A DNA stretch of 64,000 bases from Alphaproteobacteria bacterium (GTDB lineage: Bacteria; Pseudomonadota; Alphaproteobacteria; JBFXJJ01): the NCBI GenBank assembly GCA_050175015.1, contig JBFXJJ010000008.1, forward strand, positions 47,036 to 111,035, read 5' to 3'. Shown one piece after another: positions 50,020 to 61,033 of the stretch. A model generated the notes under the pieces. It saw nothing but the letters and a program-made list of their open reading frames with translations, ran no database searches and was not told the DNA's origin. How positions within the stretch are numbered: position 1 is the stretch's first letter; each line of letters opens with the position of its first letter. Position numbers and translations under genes: made by a program.

Positions 50020-51135
50020 TTACATTATAGCTAAATCTTCGTTATAAACCATATAGAAGTTACCGCCTCTTTTAACAACTTCTTCTAAGGCTTGCTCGGC
50101 AGCATTTAAAAGTTTTCTTGCTTTGATGCCGTGTTCAGGGAAAATACTGATGCCGATACTGCATCCGAGAGCTAAATTGTTGCCCTTATAACCAATTTGT
50201 TCATACATTATTCCTAAAGTACGCCTTGCAACAGTCTCAGCGTCATCAAAGGTATTTATTCCCTCGAGAATTAAAAGAAAGCTCTTGTTGTCATCTTTGG
50301 CGATAGTGTCGCAGTTTCTAAAGGAAGATGCTAAACGAATAGCAATATTTCTAAGAACGTGGTCAGCAGCTTCCTGTCCAAATTCTTTAGTTATAGCTTC
50401 CATTTTATCAACAGTCATAATAACAACGGCAATACGGTTTTGGGAAGCATCGGCTTTGCCATATGCTCTGCGTGTAGAACGGGCAATCGCCATTTGCAGA
50501 CGATCCTCAAAAAGATTGCTTGAAGGAAGTCCTGTTAAATCATCGTGCATAGAATTTTGCTTGATTCTTTGCTCGTTCATTTTGAACTTTTCTTCGATTT
50601 GTTTTAGATAACTGATGTCCTTAGCTTCAATCAAAAACGATGTGTCAACTTCTGGAGACAGACTTATTACAGATATGTCAACATCAATTTTCTGATTATC
50701 GGTAGTAATTAAAACCGTTTGATATGGACTTTGACGGTTAATAATATATTCAAAGTCATTTATAAAGGACTCTTTGACGGTTTCATCAAGAATATCAATA
50801 AAAGGCATACCAACAATTTCTTGAGCATCTAAAAATCGTAACATACCGACGCCAGTTTTATTAATGAAAGAAATGTAGCCATTGTTGACAACGCACATAA
50901 GGTTGGTTGAGTTATCAACTAAACCATTAATCCACATATGGGTTTCTTCTGGATAGCCAGCATTAACATTTAAAGGGTGCCCCTCTGCAGGTGTGTAATC
51001 CACAACTTGTTCTTCTTGATAATCTTCATATTCAGGATATTCCTGATATACATCTGATACATCTTCTAGTTCTTCAGAAGAAGTTTGCATTAAAGGATCT
51101 GTTTTTTTTGTACCTTTTTGTAAAGGATGTTTCAT
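50020..51135 (-). CDS. PAS plus degenerate GGDEF protein
   Basis: HDDLTGLP, SIGISIFPEHG; GGDEF replaced by DNKSF; RNCD I-site. Confidence 0.8.
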   Translation of the reverse strand: MKHPLQKGTKKTDPLMQTSSEELEDVSDVYQEYPEYEDYQEEQVVDYTPAEGHPLNVNAGYPEETHMWINGLVDNSTNLMCVVNNGYISFINKTGVGMLRFLDAQEIVGMPFIDILDETVKESFINDFEYIINRQSPYQTVLITTDNQKIDVDISVISLSPEVDTSFLIEAKDISYLKQIEEKFKMNEQRIKQNSMHDDLTGLPSSNLFEDRLQMAIARSTRRAYGKADASQNRIAVVIMTVDKMEAITKEFGQEAADHVLRNIAIRLASSFRNCDTIAKDDNKSFLLILEGINTFDDAETVARRTLGIMYEQIGYKGNNLALGCSIGISIFPEHGIKARKLLNAAEQALEEVVKRGGNFYMVYNEDLAIM

Positions 51136-51271
51136 ATTATTATTTCCTTTATAAACATTTGCTTTTATTATTTTTTATAAAAAACAAACCTACTTGTATA
51201 AAAAGATATAATTTTATATTAATCTATTTTTAATTTTACAACAAGTTTATATAATTTTAGATTACAAAATA

Positions 51272-52306
51272 ATGAAACCTTTTTTAAAACAAAAAACACC
51301 ATTTAATATGATAGCAGAAAGAGACACGGATCTTCTTCTTTTAGAAGAGCTTTGTTCTTCACCAATATTCTGCGCAAATATAGTAAAAAAACTTTATGGA
51401 CCAGATGTTGCAATTAAAAAAATTGTCGGGATTTGGCATTCGCCGGATTTTGGATATTTAGGAAATGCAGACCTGCTTTTTGTCTTTGAGGATAACTTTG
51501 GATATAAAAATGCACTTTTGATTGAAAATAGATTCGATATTCCCCGACGTGATTTGCAAGCGCAAAGATATTTTGAAATTGGTGAAAATGGTTTTGCAAA
51601 TGGTTTATGGTCTCATTATCTCACCTGTCTTTTTTGCCCTGAAAAATATTTTAGCGACTTAGACCCTGCTGATTATTTTGGCTGCTATTTAAGTTATGAA
51701 TATTTGGCATCTTGGTTTGATGAATTTGATAAGACCAAGCGTGGACAATATAAATCGATGATGCTTAAAGAGGCCATTAAGCAAAAATTGGAATCCATTG
51801 AAAACAGGTTTAATGTCAAAAGTAAAAAAAGCTTTGATAATTACAAAGTTTTTCCAGCTGGTGCATTAAATATTCCAGAAGGATATCAGGTCGTTGAAAA
51901 AATGCAGGCAACACCATTTTGGCAGAGTTATTATGACTTTTGTAAATCAAGTTTTCCCAGCCTATCTATGGGAGATCCTGAGAAGCAGGGGCGTGTTGAT
52001 TTGCAGTGGGCAGTATTTAAACCTGCATTCTTTGCCAAAAATGTTCTTTTAATTCATAAAATGCCTCAAGGATTTATGGATTTATCATTTTCAGAAAAAA
52101 CGCAGGCAGAAATTGAGCAAAAATATTCACCATTTCTAGATAGTGATATGAAAATTAAGCAGTCAGGAAAAAACATAGTTATTAGAATAAATGTTCCTGC
52201 TGTTGCAGATCCTCAAAGTTTTGTGATGATTAAAGATATTATTAATTTCTCTCTTTCAAAGGCTAACAATCTTTGCAATATGTATATGAAAGTAAATGGC
52301 AGTTAG
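51272..52306 (+). CDS. PD-(D/E)xK-like hypothetical protein
   Basis: ERDTDLLL.EE, ADLL, LLIENR, Q..RY. Confidence 0.5.
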   Translation: MKPFLKQKTPFNMIAERDTDLLLLEELCSSPIFCANIVKKLYGPDVAIKKIVGIWHSPDFGYLGNADLLFVFEDNFGYKNALLIENRFDIPRRDLQAQRYFEIGENGFANGLWSHYLTCLFCPEKYFSDLDPADYFGCYLSYEYLASWFDEFDKTKRGQYKSMMLKEAIKQKLESIENRFNVKSKKSFDNYKVFPAGALNIPEGYQVVEKMQATPFWQSYYDFCKSSFPSLSMGDPEKQGRVDLQWAVFKPAFFAKNVLLIHKMPQGFMDLSFSEKTQAEIEQKYSPFLDSDMKIKQSGKNIVIRINVPAVADPQSFVMIKDIINFSLSKANNLCNMYMKVNGS

Positions 52307-52405
52307 AAAATAAAAAAATAGATTTGTTATCAATTTAATTTCAAGTTAATAATTTTAAGTATATGATATTGACTTGTTTTTATTTTTTTATAAGAGAATC
52401 ATAAC

Positions 52406-53413
52406 GTGAGAACATTTGCTCCTTCTTCAAACTTACTTGATAACAAAAAAATTCTTGTTACAGGCGGTACAGGCTCTTTTGGTAAAGCCTTTGTTAGATT
52501 TGTTTTGCAAAACTACAAACCAGCAAAGTTAATTGTTTTTTCTAGAGACGAATTTAAACAATATGAAATGTCTCAAGAATTCAGCCCAGAAAAATATCCG
52601 TGTATGCGTTATTTTATTGGTGATGTTAGAGATGTTGATCGTTTAGAAATGGCATTTAGAGACGTTGATATTGTGGTTCACGCTGCAGCCATTAAACATG
52701 TTACGGTTGCAGAGTATAATCCATTTGAGTGTATCGCAACTAATGTTATTGGGGCTCAAAACATTGTAAAAGCTGCAATTAATCAAAAAGTTAAAAGGGT
52801 TATCGCATTGTCAACTGATAAGGCTGTCAATCCTGTCAACCTTTATGGCGCAAGCAAGCTTGCCGCTGATAAAATATTTGTAGCATCTAACGCAATGTCT
52901 GGGACTCAGGATACAAAATTTTCGGTTGTCAGATATGGCAACGTTGTTGGTTCTAGAGGCAGCGTTGTTCCTCTCTTTAAAAAGCTTATTAATGAAAAGT
53001 CTCCTTTCCTCCCTATTACTGATGCTGCGATGACAAGGTTTTGGATAACTTTGGAGCAGGGGGTTAACTTTACTATATCATCTCTAGATTTGATGAAAGG
53101 CGGAGAGGTATTTGTGCCTAAAATCCCGAGTATGTGTATGGTCGATTTAGCCTCAGCTATGGCACCAGAATTAGAACAGAAAATTGTTGGAATAAGACCT
53201 GGAGAAAAAATACACGAAATTTTAATTTCAGAAGATGAGTCAAGAAACACGATTGATATTGGTGATCGTTATATTGTTTATCCTAATATAAGCAATATAA
53301 TTAGTGAAAAATCATTGGCCAAAGGTAAGAAAGTTGCAGAAGATTTTCATTATGCCAGCAATAATAATGATGAATGGCTTAATAAAGAGCAACTTATTGA
53401 TTTTATTAAATAA
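52406..53413 (+). CDS. pseB: UDP-GlcNAc 4,6-dehydratase (inverting)
   Basis: TGGTGSFG, SRDE.KQ, EYNPFEC, STDKA.NP.NLYGA.K, RYGNV.GSRGSV. Confidence 0.92.
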   Translation: MRTFAPSSNLLDNKKILVTGGTGSFGKAFVRFVLQNYKPAKLIVFSRDEFKQYEMSQEFSPEKYPCMRYFIGDVRDVDRLEMAFRDVDIVVHAAAIKHVTVAEYNPFECIATNVIGAQNIVKAAINQKVKRVIALSTDKAVNPVNLYGASKLAADKIFVASNAMSGTQDTKFSVVRYGNVVGSRGSVVPLFKKLINEKSPFLPITDAAMTRFWITLEQGVNFTISSLDLMKGGEVFVPKIPSMCMVDLASAMAPELEQKIVGIRPGEKIHEILISEDESRNTIDIGDRYIVYPNISNIISEKSLAKGKKVAEDFHYASNNNDEWLNKEQLIDFIK

Positions 53414-53656
53414 AATTTAAGAAGCTTTTATAAGATATAACTTAGTGTTTTTCTTCAATTTATCAGATTTTAAAAAGGACATTTCTTTATTAAAGTTATG
53501 GCTAAAGTTTAACTTTTAGTTATTTTTTAGATTTTTAGGTAGAACTAAGATAAATAGTTGTCTGCTAGACATTTACTTTTAGTTTTAAGACACCTATATT
53601 TTTAAAAATGCCCTAACCATATATTTTTTTGATAGTAGTTTTTAGGAGAAAGCTTT

Positions 53657-55450
53657 TTGTTTTTTGATGGATTGTCCTCTTCAATTATAGTTTTAGTAGT
53701 TGTGGCTGTAGTTTTCATCTCCTTTATTAGAGAAAAGCTGCCATCAGATTTAATTGCTTTGTCAGGCTTTGCTTTTTTGGTGGCAATAGGTGTTTTAAAC
53801 AAAGATGACTATCTCTCGGTATTTAGTAACAGTGCTCCGATTACAATCGCCTGTCTTTTTATTCTTAGTGCTGCTTTAGAACGCACTGGCATTATTGATT
53901 ATCTTGGTCATTTTATTACTAAAATTGCCGACAAATCTTTTGTGCTAGCTATGATTGCTATTGCTTTTTTTGTAATGTCGATGTCTGCTTTTGTAAATAA
54001 CACGCCTATTGTTGTTATTTTAATTCCTGTTTTAATAAAACTGGCAAGAAAGTTTTCATTAAAGCCGTCAAGATTTTTAATACCGCTTTCATTTACAGCT
54101 ATTTTAGGTGGTTCTTGTACTTTAATAGGCACCTCAACAAATATTTTGGTTGATGGCATTGCTAAAGGATATGGACTAAAGCCTTTTACGCTTTTTGAGA
54201 TTAGCTATGCTGGACTAATTATGTCTGCGGTAGGTATGGCTTATATGGCTTTTGCGGGAAGGTTTCTTATTCCAGATCGAGAAACTATGGCTAATGATTT
54301 ATCTGAGACCAAAAGAAAAGACTATATATCAGAGGCTTTAGTGGGTTCAGATTCATCGCTTATAGGCAAAACTTTGAGTGAAAGTGCTTTTGCTAAAAGT
54401 GATAAAATAAGATTGTCTGATGTTATTAGAGGTAATATGTCAATGAGGCGTTATCTTAGCCAGATAAAGTTTCAGGAAGGTGACCGTCTTATTTTCAAGT
54501 CAGATGCCAGAGAAATTTTATCTCTTGCTGAAGGTGATGAAGTTGATGTTAAAGATGCTCTTACTAATATAGTTCTGCCTGTTGCAACATCACAAACGGT
54601 TGTGGTTGAGGGCATTGTTGGACCATCATCTAATATGATAGGAAAAAAAGTTAGAAGATTAGCTTTAAGAAGACTTTATGGAGTTTATGTTTTAGCTATT
54701 CATCGAGCAAGCAAAAACCTCGGCAGCAGCATAGATGATTATGAAATTAGAATGGGAGATAGTTTGCTTTTAGAAGGACCTGTTGACGGTCTTAAAGCTT
54801 TATCAGAAGAGAGAGGTGTTATTAATTTAGTTGAACCAGCTGAAAAACCATATCGTAGAAGCAAAGCACTTTTAACCGTTTGTGCCTTTTTGGGTGTAAT
54901 GTCTTTGGCTGCATTTAATGTAATGCCAATATCAACAATTTCCTTTTTGGCAGCGGTTTTTGTTCTTTTAACTAAATGCATTGATATGGACGATGCTTAT
55001 AATGCAATAGAATGGCGTATTTTAATGCTGATTTTTGGTATGCTTGGCATTTCAATTGCCATGGAAAAAACAGGAGCAGCATTATTGTTGGTTAACGAAA
55101 TTATGCCAGCCTTCCAAAATATGAGTCCTGTGGTTGTCCTTAGTTTAGTTTATCTTTTTACCTCGCTTATGACTGAAATGATTAGCAACAATGCAACGGC
55201 TGTTTTGTTAACTCCGATAGCAATTAATATTGCTTTAAAAATGGGTATAGATCCTAGACCGTTTGTTGTTGCTGTAATGTTTGGAGCAAGTGCTAGTTTT
55301 GCAACTCCGATTGGCTATCAAACCAATACACTGGTTTATAACGTCGGAGGTTATAAGTTTATAGACTTTGTAAAAGTTGGTTTGCCACTTAACATTATTA
55401 TGTGGTTTACTGCTATTTATACGATCCCGATGTTTTGGAAACTATATTAA
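53657..55450 (+). CDS. SLC13/CitMHS-type permease with TrkA-C domains
   Basis: SAFVNNTP, TLIGTSTN, SNNATA, FATPIGYQTN. Confidence 0.9.
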   Translation: MFFDGLSSSIIVLVVVAVVFISFIREKLPSDLIALSGFAFLVAIGVLNKDDYLSVFSNSAPITIACLFILSAALERTGIIDYLGHFITKIADKSFVLAMIAIAFFVMSMSAFVNNTPIVVILIPVLIKLARKFSLKPSRFLIPLSFTAILGGSCTLIGTSTNILVDGIAKGYGLKPFTLFEISYAGLIMSAVGMAYMAFAGRFLIPDRETMANDLSETKRKDYISEALVGSDSSLIGKTLSESAFAKSDKIRLSDVIRGNMSMRRYLSQIKFQEGDRLIFKSDAREILSLAEGDEVDVKDALTNIVLPVATSQTVVVEGIVGPSSNMIGKKVRRLALRRLYGVYVLAIHRASKNLGSSIDDYEIRMGDSLLLEGPVDGLKALSEERGVINLVEPAEKPYRRSKALLTVCAFLGVMSLAAFNVMPISTISFLAAVFVLLTKCIDMDDAYNAIEWRILMLIFGMLGISIAMEKTGAALLLVNEIMPAFQNMSPVVVLSLVYLFTSLMTEMISNNATAVLLTPIAINIALKMGIDPRPFVVAVMFGASASFATPIGYQTNTLVYNVGGYKFIDFVKVGLPLNIIMWFTAIYTIPMFWKLY

Positions 55451-55620
55451 AGAAACGTTTAAAACCATTATCTATAAATTTTCCTACTTTTAGCAAAAGC
55501 AAAGCCTTTTACAAACGTGACCATTAAGCAAAAATATAAAAATTAATTTGCGGACAACAAAAGGGCATATCTTTTTAGGTTAGTTATATATAGTTAAAAC
55601 ACGTTTATAAAAAAAGATAC

Positions 55621-55649
55621 AAAAAAACCCGCGATTGGCGGGCTTTTTT
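55621..55649. terminator. Intrinsic terminator between convergent genes
   Basis: A7-CCCGC-gattg-GCGGG-c-T6. Confidence 0.7.
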
Positions 55650-55669
55650 ATAAGTTAGATAATCATCTT

Positions 55670-56611
55670 TTAATTATGATTATCGACACGGTCATAAGGA
55701 CCAACAGGAGCTGCCGCTTTTCTTAAGTCAAACATCAGCAAAATTGGCATTGCAATATAAACTGAAGAAAATGTTCCAAAGAAAATTCCCAGCATTAAAG
55801 CAAAGGAAAATCCCATTAAAGTTTCACCGCCAAGAATAAGCAAAGCAAGAACCGTTAACATTGTGGTTGAACTGGTCAATATGGTTCTTGAAAGCATATC
55901 ATTAACACTGAGGTTTAAAAGTTCAATAATAGGCAGTTTTTTATGCTTTTTGAGATTTTCACGTACTCTGTCAAAGTTAACGACGGTGTCATTAATAGAA
56001 TAACCTGCGACAGTTAAAATTGCTGCAATCGTTGTTAATGAGAAGTCTAACTGTGTAATCGCAAATGCTCCAACAATAATTATGACATCGTGTACTAATG
56101 AAAGCATCGCGGCTATAGCAAAAGGAAATTCAAATCGAAACCAGATATAAGCAGAAATACCGACAACAGATAAAATAACTGCCCAAATTCCTGATTTTAC
56201 TAATTCCGAGCCAACACGAGGGCCGACAATTTCAACCCTGCGGTATTCATAGCCTTCGCCTAATGCGGTCTTAATACTTTCTAAAGCTTTGGTTTGAGCT
56301 TTTTCATCATCGCCAGACATTTGAGCTCTAATCATAACTTCGTGTTCGTCATTATCAATGGATTGTAAGCCAATCTCACCTAAGTTTAGGGCGTTAAGCG
56401 TTTCTCTCATATTTTGCAGATTAACTTTTTCTTCTGATTTTACTTCGATTAAAATACCACCAGAAAAATCAATGCCCCAGTTGAGGCCTCTCATAAGCAC
56501 AAAAGCTATTGAGAGAATGATTAAACTGCAAGAAAAAATATAAGCGAAAGCACGTTTTTCTATAAACTTAAAAGACGTTTCTTTATTTAAAAATTGTAAA
56601 GCGTTTATCAT
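55670..56611 (-). CDS. secF: Protein translocase subunit SecF
   Basis: GIDFSGG, VGP.VG, GYSINDTVV.FDRVREN. Confidence 0.95.
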   Translation of the reverse strand: MINALQFLNKETSFKFIEKRAFAYIFSCSLIILSIAFVLMRGLNWGIDFSGGILIEVKSEEKVNLQNMRETLNALNLGEIGLQSIDNDEHEVMIRAQMSGDDEKAQTKALESIKTALGEGYEYRRVEIVGPRVGSELVKSGIWAVILSVVGISAYIWFRFEFPFAIAAMLSLVHDVIIIVGAFAITQLDFSLTTIAAILTVAGYSINDTVVNFDRVRENLKKHKKLPIIELLNLSVNDMLSRTILTSSTTMLTVLALLILGGETLMGFSFALMLGIFFGTFSSVYIAMPILLMFDLRKAAAPVGPYDRVDNHN

Positions 56612-56621
56612 ATCTCTAACC

Positions 56622-58178
56622 TCAAAGCGGTAATTGTTTTGGTTTTTTCTTCATAAGCCATAAAGAAACCATCATTCTTGTAACCATAATTGCTGTAAAC
56701 ATTGTTGTAATAATACCTAAAGCCAATGTTACGGCAAAACCTTTAACAGGACCTGTTCCGAATTGGAATAAAACAAAAGCTGCAATTAAGGTTGTAATGT
56801 TGGCATCAACGATGGTTGACATAACATTTGCAAAACCAGATTCAGCTGCGTTTATCGGGGTTCTTCCGTGCCTTGCTTCTTCACGCATACGTTCGAAAAT
56901 AAGCACGTTGGAATCAACCGCCATACCCATAGTCAACACGATACCCGCGATACCTGGTAAGGTTAAGGTTGCACCTAAGAAGCTTAACGCTCCAAGCATC
57001 AAACTTAAGTTTAAAATAAGAGCGATATTGGTAATGATACCAAAAAAGCCATAAACAAATAAGATTGAAACAACCACTAAAGCCAAACCAACTAAACAGG
57101 CAACGCTTCCTTGTTTAATAGAATCTATTCCAAGGCTTGGACCAACTGTTCTTTCTTCTAGAACTTGAAGAGGGGCAGGAAGAGCGCCAGAACGTAAAAG
57201 CATAGCTAAATCGGCAGCGGTTTCAACGGTAAAGTTTCCAGAAATGATTCCCTTACCGCCAGGGATAGCACCTTGAATAACTGGAGCGCTGATAACTTCT
57301 CCATCAAGAACGATAGCGAGCAGCTTATTGATGTTTTCACGTGTGGTTTTAGCAAATTTAGTTGCCCCAGCGGCATCGAATGTAAAACTTACAACTGGTG
57401 CACCATCTTGGAAGCTTGCTCTGGCATCAATTAAATGTTCACCGCCGACAGCAGGGCGTTTTTCTACAACATAAGCACTAGCAGAAGAGCCGGCACCACC
57501 TGAAACTAACATTGAACCAGCTGGAAGTTTTCCTCTTCTGGCATCATTAATATTGGTTCTGTCATCAACTAAATGGAAAGCCATTTTTGCTGTACGTCCG
57601 ATAAGAGCCTTAACTCTTTCAGGATCGGTAACACCTGGGAGCTGAATTAAAATTCTGTTTTCGCCCTGTTTTTGAATAGATGGCTCTTTGGTTCCAAGTT
57701 GATCGATACGATTACGTACAATTTCGATAGATCTTTCAACTGCGGTTGCCTGCAAACTTAAGAATGCTTGTTCCGAAAAACTTGCAGTGATGTATTCACC
57801 ATCGGTATTGATTTCCAGTTCGGTGTCAAGGCGTTTTATAACGCCAAGAGCTTGAGACTGTTTATCCCTATCAAGAATTTTAACCTTAAGCATCTTAGCG
57901 TCGACGCCGAGTTCGTCATATTTAATGCGTTCTTCTCTAAGCGCTTGTCTAACCGAATCTTCAAAAGAAACTAATTTGTCTTTAGCAACGTCATCAACCA
58001 TAACTTCCATAAGGAGGTGCGAGCCGCCTTGTAGATCTAAACCCAAACTTACGGGCTGCCACCATTTAGGCAGGTTAGCTTTGGTTTGAGATGGTAAAAA
58101 ATTAGGAATTGCTAGTAATACGCCTAAAGCGCATATAATACTTATAAGCCAGATTTTCCAGCTTGGGAAATTTATCAT
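56622..58178 (-). CDS. secD: Protein translocase subunit SecD
   Basis: LGLDLQGG, GMAVDSNVLIFER, GPVKGFA. Confidence 0.96.
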   Translation of the reverse strand: MINFPSWKIWLISIICALGVLLAIPNFLPSQTKANLPKWWQPVSLGLDLQGGSHLLMEVMVDDVAKDKLVSFEDSVRQALREERIKYDELGVDAKMLKVKILDRDKQSQALGVIKRLDTELEINTDGEYITASFSEQAFLSLQATAVERSIEIVRNRIDQLGTKEPSIQKQGENRILIQLPGVTDPERVKALIGRTAKMAFHLVDDRTNINDARRGKLPAGSMLVSGGAGSSASAYVVEKRPAVGGEHLIDARASFQDGAPVVSFTFDAAGATKFAKTTRENINKLLAIVLDGEVISAPVIQGAIPGGKGIISGNFTVETAADLAMLLRSGALPAPLQVLEERTVGPSLGIDSIKQGSVACLVGLALVVVSILFVYGFFGIITNIALILNLSLMLGALSFLGATLTLPGIAGIVLTMGMAVDSNVLIFERMREEARHGRTPINAAESGFANVMSTIVDANITTLIAAFVLFQFGTGPVKGFAVTLALGIITTMFTAIMVTRMMVSLWLMKKKPKQLPL

Positions 58179-58200
58179 AACCTTAAATCCATTAAATTAA

Positions 58201-58536
58201 TTAATCTTTCTTATCGTTTGCTTGCTCAATAACAACTTCTCTAACGGTTGAGCGCAGAACCTTAACTTTAACTTCGTCATTTAGCTCAACAAGTAAAGTA
58301 TGGTCATCAATCACTTTGTGAACTTTAGCTAAAATGCCGCCGCCTGTTACAATTTGATCGCCTTTCACAATTTCAGAAAGCATTTTTTCGTGCTGTTTGA
58401 CTTTTTTTTGCTGAGGACGAATCAAAAGTAGGTAGAAAACCAAAAAGATAAGAGCAAATTGAAGAATTGTTCCCATCATATCTGGGGTTTGTGTTGCTGT
58501 TTGAGCTGTTTGAGCTAAAGCATCATTAAGTAACAT
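58201..58536 (-). CDS. yajC: Preprotein translocase subunit YajC
   Basis: FYLLLIRPQQKK, GD.IVTGGG. Confidence 0.93.
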   Translation of the reverse strand: MLLNDALAQTAQTATQTPDMMGTILQFALIFLVFYLLLIRPQQKKVKQHEKMLSEIVKGDQIVTGGGILAKVHKVIDDHTLLVELNDEVKVKVLRSTVREVVIEQANDKKD

Positions 58537-58619
58537 TTTAAAAACTCCTTATTTTTTACAAAAATAATAACTATTTTCTACGTTTATGCAAACCATAAAT
58601 TAATATTGTAGACTCTTTT

Positions 58620-59621
58620 TTATGGTTCTAAGTATTGGGCAGGATCCAAAGCTTTTGTTCCTTTTCTTATTTCGAAATGAAGCTGAGGAGATGAGACATT
58701 GCCTGTGGCGCCGACAGTTGCTATTTTATCGCCTTTTTTGATCTTATCGCCGCGTTTTACCAAAATAGAATCATTGTGGGCATAAGCTGTCATATAACCG
58801 TTTGCATGTTTCAGAAGAAGCAGGTTGCCAAAACCTTTTAGCTGGCTTCCTGAATATGCTACAACGCCATTTTCTGCGGCTAAGACGCTGCTGCCTTTAG
58901 ATGCCGCAATGTTGATGCCGTCATTATGACGTCCTTTCCCCATGGGGCCATATTTGGTTATAATCTTGCCTTTTACAGGCCACGCAAATTTGCTTGAAGA
59001 GCGAGCATCTGGGGTCGGAATGTTGGTTTTATTCGTTTTCCTTTTTTTAGCTGTTTTAGTCGTTTTTTGATTGGTACTATTTGATGACGTATTAACAGCT
59101 TTAGGCGTTTTGTCTGCCTCTGCGGTTTCTATTGAGCCAGGCAAAATTAATTTTTGCCCTTCATAGATATTATATGGCGACTTTATTTTGTTGGTTCTTG
59201 CTAAAGAAGCCAACTCAACATTGTAACGGCGTGATATACTGTAAAGCGTATCGCCTTTTTGAACAATATGGAAAGGAGCGGGAGGAAGTTTAAGTTTTTG
59301 CCCAACCTTTAGAGTATAAGGCGGGGTCAGTTTATTATATTCAATCAAAGTACGGACAGGAACATTGTTGCTGCGGGCTATTCCATAAACGGTATCGCCT
59401 TTTTTTATCGATACGACGTTGTTATTTAGAGAAGCTTTGTAAACTTTTGAATTTTTATAAGAACGAGCTCTAGAGGTAATAATTCTTATTTTGCTTGGGT
59501 CTAAAAGGTAAGAAACAGCACAGCTTTCAAGAAAAAAAGTACAAAAAATTAAGGAAAGCAAAAACAAGGCCTTCTTTAATTTTATTTTTGTTGAAAAGTT
59601 TTTTTCTTTTAGAACGAACAA
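58620..59621 (-). CDS. nlpD: LysM/M23 lipoprotein NlpD-like
   Basis: Two LysM repeats, NDGINI, YAH, PQLHFEIR; follows surE-pcm. Confidence 0.88.
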   Translation of the reverse strand: MFVLKEKNFSTKIKLKKALFLLSLIFCTFFLESCAVSYLLDPSKIRIITSRARSYKNSKVYKASLNNNVVSIKKGDTVYGIARSNNVPVRTLIEYNKLTPPYTLKVGQKLKLPPAPFHIVQKGDTLYSISRRYNVELASLARTNKIKSPYNIYEGQKLILPGSIETAEADKTPKAVNTSSNSTNQKTTKTAKKRKTNKTNIPTPDARSSSKFAWPVKGKIITKYGPMGKGRHNDGINIAASKGSSVLAAENGVVAYSGSQLKGFGNLLLLKHANGYMTAYAHNDSILVKRGDKIKKGDKIATVGATGNVSSPQLHFEIRKGTKALDPAQYLEP

Positions 59622-59640
59622 TGAAACTCTCTTTTGTTTT

Positions 59641-60240
59641 TTAAGGATAAATGAACTTTATCGGCATAAGCTCTTTTTCCTGCCATTTTCCCTCAATTAA
59701 ACTATAACTTTTTAAAACCTGATTTTCTCCTTCGGCAAAACCTGTTGGGGCAATTAAAATTCCATTTTCAGCAAGCTGCTTTTTTATAATTTCTGGAATT
59801 TCAAAGAAAACTTGGTTTATAATAATTCTATCAAAAGGAGCTTGATTTTCCAGTCCTTTTTCGGGGTCAGATTTCATTAAGGTAAAATTGCTGATTCCTA
59901 GATTTGATATTATCTTGTCAGCATTTATAACGGCATCTTTACTCGAGCTTATAGAATAAATCCTGCGGCAAAGTCTGGATAAAATAGCGGTTTGATAACC
60001 TGAACCTGTCCCTATTTCTAGCACTTTATGACGATTATTAAGCTCTAGTGCTTCGGCTAAAATGGCAACCGCTAAAGCTCTACTTATATCCTTATTATTA
60101 TTTACACCAAGTGTGTTGATAAAGCCTTCTTCTGGAAAAATATTTGCGGGAATTTTTTCAGACGCTTCCATAATCCGAATATCGGATATTCCCATACGTC
60201 TCATTTCCATTATTAAAAAAATATTATCAGAATCAGGCAT
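59641..60240 (-). CDS. pcm: Protein-L-isoaspartate O-methyltransferase (divergent)
   Basis: VLEIGTGSGYQTAIL, APFDRII; synteny. Confidence 0.8.
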   Translation of the reverse strand: MPDSDNIFLIMEMRRMGISDIRIMEASEKIPANIFPEEGFINTLGVNNNKDISRALAVAILAEALELNNRHKVLEIGTGSGYQTAILSRLCRRIYSISSSKDAVINADKIISNLGISNFTLMKSDPEKGLENQAPFDRIIINQVFFEIPEIIKKQLAENGILIAPTGFAEGENQVLKSYSLIEGKWQEKELMPIKFIYP

Positions 60241-61033
60241 TATCTTCTAAAAAAACCTTTTGTAAATTTGATAAAGAAGCATAGTCAGTTAAATCTAGCG
60301 TTATCGGTGTTATAGTGATTTTTTGGTTCATAATAGATTTTAAATCACCTTCTTCTTCAGGTTCTTCTTTTCTTCTTGCGGCTCCAACCCAAACATATTC
60401 TTTGCCTCTAGGGTCAATCCTATCTTCAATGAAGCCAGAAAAATCATCGCTTTTTATAAATTTTTGCGAAAGTTTTATAACATCAATCCCCTTAACCTGA
60501 TCAACGTCACAGGAAGGAAAATTGACACTCATCAAAACATTGTCTGGCCAAGTTGTAGTAAGAATCTTACGAACAACGTTTTCACAAAAAGTCTCAGCCG
60601 TTTTCCAAAAAGTTTTCCTATTATCATCATAGCATTGTGACAGAGCTATGGAAGGAATACCTAAAATGGTTCCTTCCATAGCAGCTGCAATCGTTCCCGA
60701 ATAAGTGACATCATCACTCAAATTGGCACCATTATTAATGCCAGATAAAATTAAGTCAGGCTTTTGTCCTTTCATAATTTTACAAATGGCAATTAAAACA
60801 CAATCTGCTGGACTACCATCAACGGTAAAGTGTTTGTCGCTAATTTTATTGACACGAAGAGGACGTGATATAGTTAAAGCATGGCTGGCGGCGCTTTTTT
60901 CATCGTTAGGAGCAACTACCCAAACATCATTGGATAATTTTCTAGCGATCTCTTCCAGCATTTTAATGCCTTTAGCGTCAAAACCATCATCATTGCAAAT
61001 TAAAATTCTTGGGTTCGTTTTTATATTATTCAT
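60233..61033 (-). CDS. surE: 5'/3'-nucleotidase SurE
   Basis: NDDG, G.PADCV, SGIN.G.N, YSGT. Confidence 0.95.
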   Translation of the reverse strand: MNNIKTNPRILICNDDGFDAKGIKMLEEIARKLSNDVWVVAPNDEKSAASHALTISRPLRVNKISDKHFTVDGSPADCVLIAICKIMKGQKPDLILSGINNGANLSDDVTYSGTIAAAMEGTILGIPSIALSQCYDDNRKTFWKTAETFCENVVRKILTTTWPDNVLMSVNFPSCDVDQVKGIDVIKLSQKFIKSDDFSGFIEDRIDPRGKEYVWVGAARRKEEPEEEGDLKSIMNQKITITPITLDLTDYASLSNLQKVFLEDNA

